DNA of 63,290 nt, counting the filler, from Chiloscyllium plagiosum (Eukaryota): NCBI RefSeq assembly GCF_004010195.1. It is 5 parts of one record of this genome, joined end to end, with 100 filler letters (N's around TTAATTAATTAA, not from the genome) between each part and the next. Parts side by side here need not be neighbours in the genome. Positions count along the whole stretch, not along the records: positions 40,728 to 55,105 come from NC_057712.1; positions 55,206 to 58,993 come from NC_057712.1; 3 more parts are not named here. One strand, 5' to 3'. Under the pieces are notes generated by a model. The model was not told where the DNA came from. It saw only the letters and a program-made list of their open reading frames with translations, and searched no databases. Both the position numbers and the translations under genes were made by a program. Positions 49,201-59,093 of the stretch are shown one piece after another; the first letter of the stretch is position 1; each line of letters starts with the position of its first letter.

Positions 49201-50977
49201 ATTACCCTCTCCCTCACTGTTATGCCTTATTATTACTCTCCCATCCTGTAAAGCTTTCTTATTACTCTCTCCCTCCCTGTAACAGTTCTGTTATTACTCT
49301 CTTCCTCCCTGTAATGGTTTGTTATTTATCTCCCCTTCAGTGTAATGGTTTACTATTACTCTGTCCCTCCCTGTAATTGTCTGTTATGAATCACTCCGTC
49401 CCTATAACGGTTTGTTATTACTCTCTCCCTCACTGTAACATTTTGTTATTACCTCTACCCTTCACTGTAATGGTTTGTTATTACTCTCTCCCTCACTGTT
49501 ACAGTTCGTTCTTACTCTCTTGTTCCCTGTAATGGTTTGTTATTACTCTCTCCCTCACTGTAACTGTTTGTTGTTACCCTCTCCCTCAAAGTAACTGTGT
49601 TATAACTCTCTCCCTCACTGTAACAGTTTGTTATTACCCTCACCCTCACTATATCAAGTTGTTATTACTCTCTCCCTCACTTTAACAATTTGTTATTACC
49701 CTCTCCCTCATTGTAATGGTTTGTTATTACTCTCTTCCCTTCACTGTAGTAGTTCGCAACTACCGTCTCACCCTCACTGTAACAGTTTGTTGTTACTCTC
49801 TCCCTCACTGTAATGGTTTGTTATTACTCTCTCCTTCACAGTAATGGTTGTCATTATTCTCTCCCTTAATCTTTTGTTTTTAACCTCTCCGTCACTGTAA
49901 CATTTTGTTAATACTCTCTCCCTCCCTGTAACGGTTCGTTACTGCTCTCTCCCTCACTGTAATGGTTTGTTATTGTATAGAATGGGAAAATGGCCTGGGA
50001 AAGTTAATGATAATATTTGACCACAGCATGACCTGGAATGAGTTCTGTGAGTATTCCTTCACCGGCCAAAGACGGCACCATCAGCTTGTTTCTCTGTCGC
50101 TGCATTTCTGTACCAGCTGTTTGTTACACTGTGTAAGAGGGAGAGAGTTTCGTTCTGAGAGTTAGGCTGCACCTCAGACTGGGGTTACGAATGGTACCTC
50201 CAGAACAGCTGTCACTCAAAGGAGCCCCAGTGGGCAAAACGGCATGAGACTTATTGTTTTCCTTTTTCCTTCTTTTCCATTTATTGTTACAATTATCATC
50301 ACCATTATTACTGAATAACCATCCACATTTCAGCAAATTACTGTTATCCAGTCTTCTCTTCACCATCTTTCACCGAATCCGAAAGAGTCGCTTGGATACA
50401 CGCTGTGAGACTTGGGGAAATTGTTTCGGAGAAGGGAATGGCAACCTGATGGTCAAGAGAGTGGCCATAATCCAGGATGAAATGGGGCTGACTCTGGATT
50501 CAGGTCTGTAGTTAACTCGTTAGCACAATTAGGACCCGCGCAAGAACAGGGGATGGTTATAATCAGAAATAGAAAGAAAGGACGGTTGTTCATACAGGCT
50601 ACCGTACACAAGGGCTTATGGGAAGCGGGCTTCCCCAAAAGCAACGACAGTGCACAACCACTGGGATGGACATTGTTGACAGCTTTACCTTCTATGTGTA
50701 GGGAATTGAAAGTGTGCCAGGCCAAGAACAGGCAGCTTGAGGCCACAGTGACGGTGGCAGAACAGTGTAACATCAGCCTAACAGAAGCAGTTAAGACAGG
50801 GCAGAAGAGAGCCAAGACGGTGGAGGAGAAACTGAACCAGGAAGTATGCCATCTGGTGGCGGTATAACAGAGAAGGAGAGCAAAACGGCACAATTGGAAA
50901 GTTGACCCAGTCAAAGTGCGCATGCAGTTAACCTCACAATGGTAGCCAACCATTGGGATGGAGACGTTTGGTATTCA

Positions 50978-51071
50978 GCCAAGAGTGTGGTTCTGGAAAA
51001 GCACAGCAGGACAGGCAGCATCCAAGAAGCAGGAGAATCGACATTTCAGGCAAAAGCCCTTCATCAGGAAT
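50978..51071 (-). mobile_element. Short PLE pLTR insertion with a hammerhead-like core, inside gag
   Basis: Minus strand attc-CTGATGA-a-GGGC-tttt-GCCT-GAAAT-GTC-gatt; TSD acgtttg(g/t)tattca. Confidence 0.8.
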
Positions 51072-51603
51072 ACGTTTGTTATTCATCTGATTCAGAAAGT
51101 GAATAGATGGATGGGGAAGGGAATGCCCCACCTTTGGGGCCACCCTCAAGAAAGCGATTAATAGCACCACCCTTTATAATGAATAAGGCAAAACAGGTAG
51201 AAGGATAATAGCCCCAAAATTCCAGAAGAGTCAGAGATTATTCTGTGTCCGAATTACAGGATTTGGGATCGTGCTTTAGTCAGAAATCAAGTGGAACTTT
51301 GACCTTTTGGCTGATGCGTTAATGGGACCAAGGCACCACCAGATCATGCTCAGTGCACAGTGCAAGGGAGCAGTAAGTGTTGATCCACATGTGAATAGTG
51401 TTTTTAGAAACACAGGGGAAACTGGATCGTTGCAGGATGCATGGACACTAGCAGTATGAAATAAGTACCCTTCCCCGATAGATTGACAAGGTGATGATGA
51501 AAAATGGGAGAGCATACCAGAGGGGATAAAACATTTGAGGGGATGTGTTCCCCACAGTTTCAGGATCCAGACCAGCAAGCTTTCACAGCCAGGACAAGGA
51601 ACA

Positions 51604-51920
51604 GGCTAACTGGCTCAGTTGTTAGCACCACTGCCTCACCGTGCCAGGAACACAGGTTCAATTCCAGCCTCTGTGTGGAGTTTACACACTCTCTCTGTGT
51701 CGGCGTGAGTATTCTCCAGGTGCTCCGGTTTCCTCCTACAGTCCAAAAATGTGCAGGTTAGGTGAATTGTCCATGCTAAATTGCCCGTAGTGTTGTTAGT
51801 TTGTTAGGGATAAAGGTAGAGTAATAGGGTAGGAGAATGGGTCTGGGTGGGTTACTCTTTGGAGGGTCGGTGTGGACTTGTGGGTCGAAGGGCCTGTTTC
51901 CACACTGTAGGGATTCTATG
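51604..51920 (+). mobile_element. HE1-type SINE inside gag
   Basis: tggctcagttgttagcacc...ggttcaattcc; tail gtttccacactgtagggattct. Confidence 0.85.
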
Positions 51921-52294
51921 ATAATGCAAAGTTGTCTGGGCTGGGTGAGAGGTGCCCTGTTAGGACCAGCTCAGGGGTAGGTGTGTTTGTTGTTGGGACA
52001 GTTAGAGGATATGGAGGCTGGTAAGCAATGAGCAAGGCCCATCTGAGAAAGCGATATACAGGGGCAACAAGATGGAGACGGGCTGCATTCAAAGATAAAA
52101 CAGAAGATAACCAGTAGAGAAATGTCCACGGAATAGAGTGGAGTAAGATAGATGGAATACCTACACTGCTCTCCAAAGGGTAAGGAAGTAAGAGGGACTC
52201 CATCAGATGTTGGTGGGGTGGGGGGGAAGGAAACCACTCTGACTGTGTCTCCCACAATATCCCTACCCCTTCTCCTGGAGGAGGTCGGGCAGTT

Positions 52295-52430
52295 AGAAAC
52301 ACAGAAGGTAGGAAGAGGCCATTCGGCCCTTCGATCATCCAACTCAACAGCCGCATCCTTCTTTCTCCCAATAACCTTTGATCCCATTCACCCCAAGTGC
52401 TATATCTAGCTGCCTCTTGAATATATTCAA
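52295..52430 (-). mobile_element. CR1 LINE 3' tail fragment
   Basis: agaaacacagaaggtaggaagaggccattcggccc... Confidence 0.6.
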
Positions 52431-52474
52431 TTGTGCTAAGTCGATTGGGGTGGGGCTGGGACTCTGGGGTCTAG

Positions 52475-52970
52475 GTAAGGGCATTTGGTGGAACAAGTGG
52501 AGACCCTAGACTTAATGCCCCTATCACCGTTTATTGGAGGAAAGGCATTGTACAATGTGAAATCACATTATTAGACACAGGGGCAGACATTACTATTATT
52601 ACGTAGCAATCCAAATGGACATGTTGAGCTCAAAATAACTATTAATGGATTTGGTGGGGTGGTTACACCAGCAGTTAGAACAGATATTAGAGTGGCCTTG
52701 GGGAAGGGACTCTCACGAGTGGTCCCTGTATTGATATTCAACATACCAGAACATATTATCGGTATGGACTTATTAAGAGGTCCCACCTTGCAGATCCCAC
52801 TGGGCAAATTGGTACATGAGCTGTGATGGTTACTGTTGGCAATGCAGGATGGGACCCCCACATTACCCCTCCACCCACACTGGCGGTTTCTATGAAACAG
52901 TATCATATTCTGAGAGGACACAAGGAAACTGGGGACACTAACAGGGCCTGTTAGCTGCAGGGAATGTGAC
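52475..52970 (+). pseudogene. pro: Retroviral aspartic protease and start of RT, frameshifted
   Basis: DPRLNAPITVYWRKG...LLDTGADITII (DTG at 52574-52582)...INGFGG...IPEHIIGMDLL...MKQYHILRGHKE. Confidence 0.85.
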
Positions 52971-53084
52971 ATGGTCTCAAGTTCAGGGAGGGGAGAATAT
53001 GGGAGACTATTCCAAACATAACACTGGAACGGGAAAATTTAAAGCTAAGTCTAGTGGTCTCCTGAACTGAGGAAGGATGCTCTG

Positions 53085-53530
53085 AATATAAAGAGTGTGC
53101 AACGAAAGTTTCCCAGCCTGAATCCTGGGATGGCAGGACTAACATATGAAGAGAGACTGGGTCAGTTAGGACTACATTCACTGGAATTTAGCAAAATGAG
53201 GAGGAATCACATAGAGACCCATAAAATTCCAGTGGAGTAAATGTAGGAAGGATGTTCCTGATGACTGAGGAGTCCAGAATCAGGGGTGACAGTGTAACGA
53301 TATAGAGGTAGGCCATTTATGACTGAGAGGAGGAGGAATGTTTTCACCCAGACAGTGGGGAGCCTGTGGAAATCTCTGCCACAGAAAGCAGTCGAGAGCT
53401 AAGCACTGAATGTTTTCAAGATGGAGTTAGATGCAAGTTGGATGATCAGTCTTGATCACATTGAATAGCAGAGCAGGTTGAAGGGGCCGAATGGCCTACT
53501 GTTGCTTCTAGTTTCTAGGTTTCTATGTAG
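53085..53530 (+). mobile_element. Degenerate CR1 LINE 3' end
   Basis: IPGMAGLTYEERLGQLGLHSLEF-like sequence and the tail gggccgaatggcctact. Confidence 0.8.
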
Positions 53531-54811
53531 AAGCACAACAAGGGCTTCAGCAACAAATGAGCTGAGGCAGGGGCAGAGTTGGGACACGTTGCAAAAGTGG
53601 AAGAAAGGTGGCTTATTGACGATACGGTTAGAAAGTCATCTGGGGAGCAAATGCGGCACATTAAGAGTTTAGCATCGGAGTGTTGCCAGGGAGACGGATG
53701 GAGTCAGTGGATGGATGAGGCCAAGTATAATGGTTTTGGTCTTCCTACTATTTAGTTGGGAGTGTTGTCGTGTCAAACACAACAAATTGTTTTGCTTGTG
53801 AGTAAATCTGGGGCAAAGACAAGAGTTCAAGTTTATCAAATCAGCCATGATCTCATTGAAAGGTGCAGAAGGCTGAACGGAGCGAATGGCCTCCCTTTGC
53901 TCCTGCACCTTATGCTTCTGAGAAAGCATTAACAGACCCGGAGCCAAACAAAAAACTCTGGGCCCAGGAGACAACAATGTAGTCAACTAGGTAGGGTTTA
54001 AGAAGGGCTGTAATGAGGGTGTAAGAACGTGCCATGTTTTAGGGTGGGGATTCAAAAGCTGCATGTACAACCAGCAGTGGTACGGTGTAGGAAGTCAGAG
54101 ATAGAGAAAAAGACGAGAATTGAAGAAACAGGGAGCTCAGAGACCTGCACGGCTGAAGGCAGTAAGAGGGATAGGATAGGGCAAAACCCTGGAGAGGTAT
54201 GACCTGCTTCCTGCCATGATGGGAAAAACAAAGAAAGACCAGCTTAATGCACAAATTAATCAAAGACGGATTCCAAAGAGTACACAAGGGCTTGCTCGGT
54301 TCAGCAATTGACCTAATGCAGGCTTTAGAATACTAAATCTACAGCCATAGGTTCTCAAGGGCTGAGTAGACTGGAAGCTGAGCTGCACTAAGAGGATAAC
54401 AGTGGCCAAAGTGGCTGGTTTAGGGCAGATATCAGTCAGCTGTATTAGCTGGGAGGCAGACTGCGCTGAATAAAATGCATTTAGAAGCCGGAGGAATGCT
54501 GGGTTCACATGGTGCAAGTGGAGCCAGATTACACTCATTAACAAGGTCACATTATCTCTGGACTTTGCTCTCATTCACGCCTCAACAGCCTGGAGATTTC
54601 AGATACTGCTTAACATACAACCTCTATTCGCCTCTATTCCAAATGTCATCTGCATCTGAATGGGAAAATTCCTTTCAATTTTGCAGAAAAGCCATTACTG
54701 TTTTTTTCATCAGGTCCTGATAGAAGAAACAATTAGAAGTTTATTTGTTCCTTGAATTAGCAAGCATAGGCCCATGTGAATTTCAGGCCTAGACCAAGTC
54801 CATGAATCAGG

Positions 54812-55105
54812 CCCTGGATCAGTGGTGCTGGAAGAGCACAGCAATTCAGGCAGCATCCGAGGACAGGCAAAATCGACATTTCGGGCAAAAGCCCTTCATC
54901 AGGAATAAAGGCAGAGAGCCTGAAGCGTGGAGAGATAAGCTAGAGGAGGGTGGGGGTGCGGATAGAGTACAATAGGTCAGTGGGGAAGGAGATGAAGGTG
55001 ATAGGTCAGGGAGGAGAGGGTGGAGTGGATAGGTGGAAAATGAGCTGGGCAGGTCGGACAGGTCCGGACAAGTCAAGGAGACAGTGTTGAGCTGGAGGTT
55101 AGAAA
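54812..55105 (-). mobile_element. PLE pLTR with a hammerhead-like core, running into a gap
   Basis: Minus strand attc-CTGATGA-a-GGGC-tttt-GCCC-GAAAT-GTC-gatt at 54870-54906; same subfamily as the 21954 palindrome arm. Confidence 0.8.
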
Positions 55106-55205
55106 NNNNNNNNNNNNNNNNNNNNNNNNNNNNNNNNNNNNNNNNNNNNTTAATTAATTAANNNNNNNNNNNNNNNNNNNNNNNNNNNNNNNNNNNNNNN
55201 NNNNN

Positions 55206-55525
55206 CTGTGGTTATTATTGGATGTTGGATTGGCCTGTGGTTATTATTGGATGTTGGATTGGTCTGTGATTATTATTGGATGTTGGATTGGCCTGTGGTG
55301 GTTATTGGATGTTGGATTGGCCTGTGGTGGTTATTGGATGTTGGATTGGCCTGTGGTTAGTATTGAATGTTGGATTGGCCTGTGGTTAGTATTGGATGTT
55401 GGATTGGCCTGTGGTGGTTATTGGATGTTGGATTGGTCTGTGATTATTATTGTGTATTGGATTGGCATGTCGTTGTGATTGGATGTTGGATTAGTCTGTG
55501 TTAATAATGGATTATGGATTGGCCT
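55206..55525. repeat. Minisatellite, 29-bp unit (CTGTGGTTATTATTGGATGTTGGATTGGC)
   Basis: About 10 tandem copies. Confidence 0.9.
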
Positions 55526-55689
55526 ACTGATCAATATTTTGCAGGCCATTGTCTCTTTCTATTCGCTTTAATTGAAGAACACTCTTAAAGACAGAGAACT
55601 ATATTTCACTTTTTTTTAAGTGTTCTATTTAATAACAAGCGATAGGTGATTATGAGATAAGCATTTCCTCACTGTAGAAGTCAAAACTG

Positions 55690-56010
55690 TGATGGTGGTT
55701 TATGGTAAAGTAACTAAACTACTCATCCAGGACCCCCAAGTTAATATTCTGGGGACACAGGTTTAAATGTCAGCATGAGAGGTGGTGGAACTTGATCATG
55801 ATTCAGTTCTGAAATAAAAGGCTAGACTGATGGTGACCACTGTCAATTGTTGTAGAAATCCATTTGCTTTATTAATGTCCTTAATGGAAGCAAATCTGCC
55901 GTCCTTACTTGTCCTGACCTACATGTGACTCCAGATCCACAGCAGTCCCCTTTGAGCAATTAAATGCTGGCCTAGCCAGCAATGCACATATCCTGAAAAT
56001 AAACAAATCA
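55690..56010 (+). mobile_element. SacSINE1-like SINE
   Basis: Homologous to 7618-7925; tail aaatgctggcctagccagcaatgcacatatcc. Confidence 0.55.
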
Positions 56011-57959
56011 AAGTATCAGTGAACTTTATCCAGCAGATGATGCCAGGTAAAAGGCACTTTGCTCTCATCTCAGACTTTAATTACCTACCTGTCCCATGGT
56101 TACAGATAAAGGCCTGGTTTTGACTGTCTCCTGCCAAAACCCATCATGACAGTGTTGAGAATTGAGTTCAGCTTTTTTAAAAAAAATACAGAAAGAGAAA
56201 CTTCCATTGGGAAAGTGACCATGAAACTGTTGAATTGGAAAAAACCCAACTAGGTTGCTAATATCTAAAATAGAAGGACAGTCTCCACACTACTGGTATT
56301 GCCTTTTAACTATGCTGTGAAAAAGCCAAGCAACTGACTGAGTTACCACTGTTTTCACTCACTAACTGGAAATAGGTAAGAAATGCATATTCCCTACATA
56401 TGATGCCTACATCCTGGGAAAGAATTTAAAAGAAAGATCTTTGGTAATGATAGAGAGAATCCATCCTATTGAAGAGTTTAATTCGGGCTGTGGAATATTT
56501 CTTCTTGGAAAGGTTTTTCTTCCACTGTGCCTCAAGGGCTGTTGGTAGTTTTACATGTTTAGGATGGGAAGACATAAGGTAAGGCAGCATCCAAATAGTA
56601 ATCGTTAATTTATTAGTTGTTAACTTGTGTTTCCTTTCTCTGTTGAAGCATTCTCGTGCCTGTGTTCCAGCTAGCAAAGGCAGACGTGTAAGATTCTGTC
56701 TTTGTTTTACTGCGTGTGTATTTAATAACAGACATATATACTTGTGTGTGTGTGTGTGTGTGTGTGCACTGCAACCAGTCTAAATGCTTATTGTCAATGC
56801 TGCAGCTATATGTCCACTGTCCTTTACCTGCCTGAATTCTTTCTCTTTCTCTCCCTCCATAGAATGCACGTTGCATATGTTCATTCTGAATTGCTTATGC
56901 TGCATTACTCCAGTCAGGAAGCCATAGTGGTCACATTGTTAAATCCTTTCAATTATATGAATCTTTTATTCAATATTTACCAATCAATATTTTAAGATCA
57001 TTCATTTAACAATGAATCTCAGTAAGATTTCATAATGAATAAACATAATTAAAACCAATCTTTTTTTGGAAAGGTGAAATATATTAGGATTGGTAATGGG
57101 ATTCCGATTATAGTGTATACCTAATCTCTTGGGGGGCATATTGATCTTACTTGATTTTCATTTCATGCATTTGATTTAAAGTAAAAACAGAAATTGCTGG
57201 AAGTATGCCGCAAGTCAAGAGTCGTCCAAAAAGACTGATCTATAAATGACACAGGATAGAACTTGATTAAGATCAATTAGAGACATCTGCATAGCCTATG
57301 ACCAAATAATTAAAACGCAAGTACTTATAAAAACCAGGTTGGATACATTGGGAGCCATAAACCATTAAATTTGACACAAGTTTAAACCAGACCCTGCTTT
57401 CTGCTATACAAATCCTTGCCTATGCAATAGCACATATTACTGGATGGAGAACCTCAACAAGCCAGAAACTGCAGTCTGCTGGGCCAAACTTGATTCACTT
57501 TTAGGATCTATGCCTTGAAATCTTTGCTACAGATACAGCCTTTACAACAGATATAGAGGCAATGGAGAACCTTCGAAACAGAACTTCATGTATGATACCA
57601 GAAATGTGAGGTTACAACTGTCGGGAAAGTTTCTTGGAAAAAGAAGTTATCTTTGGAGTTACTATAGGGTTTATTATAGTAGATGGGCAGGGGGTAAGTG
57701 TTTCATAAAATGTAAGGTAGTCAATAATCAATCCAAAAGAAATTCAGGAGAAACATCTATACCAACTTGTGGTTAGAATTTGGAAACCATTACCAAATGC
57801 AGTGATTGATGGAAATAGCCTGGATATATTTCAGAGGAAGCTAGTTAAACAGAGGGAGAAAGAAAATGTTGATCACTTTAGATGAAATATGGTGGGAGGA
57901 GGCTAGTGTGGGAAAGAAACACCATTTGAACTGATTAGACAATTACAGGGGGATGTAAA

Positions 57960-58870
57960 CACCATAAAATTGCTGTTTGGTGTGTTTGAATAGGCCATGC
58001 ATCAACTGGAATGGTCGTGATGAAAATGGCAGCGAGGGATTATCATTCCTAGATTGTGTTCCAGAGAATTTTCTACAGCAGTATATGCCCAGTCCAACAA
58101 GAAAGAAGGCACTGCTAGATCTAATTCTTGGGAATGAACTGACCTTGGGCAGGGAATGTAGAGGAAACAGTGATCATTGTATTAATAGGTTTAGAATATT
58201 AGTCGAAAAATGACATTATTCAATCGGGATAAGAGTAGCAGAGAGCAGACTTAAATGGGGGGAGACCCAGAACTGAGCCCGATAGACTGGAACCAAAGGC
58301 TGGGGTGAGAAACAGTAGCTGAACAATGAGCTACCTTCAAAGAGCAGATGGTTTTGGTGCACTCAAGATATGTTACCCCAAAGGGAGAGCTAGAACAAAC
58401 AAACCCAGAGCTCCTTGAATACAAAGGAGGTAGAAATTAAGTTAAAATGAAAAAGTGTGCTTATAATAGGGGTCAGGTGGTGGGTACATTTGAGAACCAA
58501 GCAGAATACAAAAGGAAGGTGATAAAGCAAATAGAAGCAGCAAAGAGGGATTATTTTTTAAAAAGACAGGCAGCTAACATAAAAGTAATCTCAAACTAAT
58601 ATATATGCACATCAAAAGAAAGATAGTGATTAACAGAGGAGTAGGGCCAAAAAAGCAATTTGCCTATAAGGCAAGAGGCATGGCTGGGGTGTTAAATTAA
58701 TACTTTACAGAGAGAGTAATTCAGTCACTAGAACAATTTAAAATTGATGAGGATTTATTGAATAAGCTGTTAATAAGGTACAAGGACTAGACGAGATGCA
58801 TCCAAGGATATTTAAGGATGTGAGACTGGAAATTGTAGAAGCATCGGCAATTACCTTTCACTCTAACCTG
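57960..58870 (+). mobile_element. Old CR1 ORF2 fragment (endonuclease end and linker)
   Basis: FLDCVPENFLQQYMPSPTRKKALLDLILGNE...NSDH; MHPRIFKDV. Confidence 0.75.
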
Positions 58871-58993
58871 GATTCGGGGGTGGGTGTGGTGGGGATTTGT
58901 ACATGGATTCAGGGGTGGGTGTGGTGGGGATTTGTACATGGATTTAGGGGTGGACGGAGGGGATTTGTTCATGGATTCAGGGGTGGGCAGTGG
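58869..58993. repeat. G-rich minisatellite, about 35-bp unit
   Basis: TGGATTCRGGGGTGGGTGTGGTGGGGATTTGTACA, about 3.5 copies. Confidence 0.85.
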
Positions 58994-59093
58994 NNNNNNN
59001 NNNNNNNNNNNNNNNNNNNNNNNNNNNNNNNNNNNNNTTAATTAATTAANNNNNNNNNNNNNNNNNNNNNNNNNNNNNNNNNNNNNNNNNNNN

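Larger units (their letters stand above)
42280..49973. repeat. Satellite array, 31-bp unit (CTGTAATGGTTTGTTATTACTCTCTCCCTCA)
   Basis: Tandem diverged copies throughout; explains the CYYSLPHCNGLLL-type ORFs. Confidence 0.96.
50440..52270 (+). pseudogene. gag: ERV-L-like gag with multiple stops and frameshifts, interrupted by PLE and SINE insertions
   Basis: LGWTLLTAL then a coiled coil, KVDPVKVR...WDGDVW; YSVSELQDLGSCFSQK; WLMR*WDQG; KWESIPEGIKHLR. The order matches recalled ERV-L Gag motifs. Confidence 0.68.
49974..52970 (+). mobile_element. Decayed class III-like (ERV-L/ERV-S-like) endogenous retrovirus: putative LTR, PBS, gag, pro and RT start
   Basis: Putative LTR at 49974-50189 followed by TGGTACC at 50192; Gag and protease motifs as listed in the next two features. 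Confidence 0.72.

Noticed and set aside
11090..59093. TTAATTAATTAA centred in 100-nt N blocks (11090-11189, 40628-40727, 55106-55205, 58994-59093)
   Set aside because: The layout is identical each time and gives stops in all six frames, so it is a scaffolding linker. Adjacency across these gaps is unproven.
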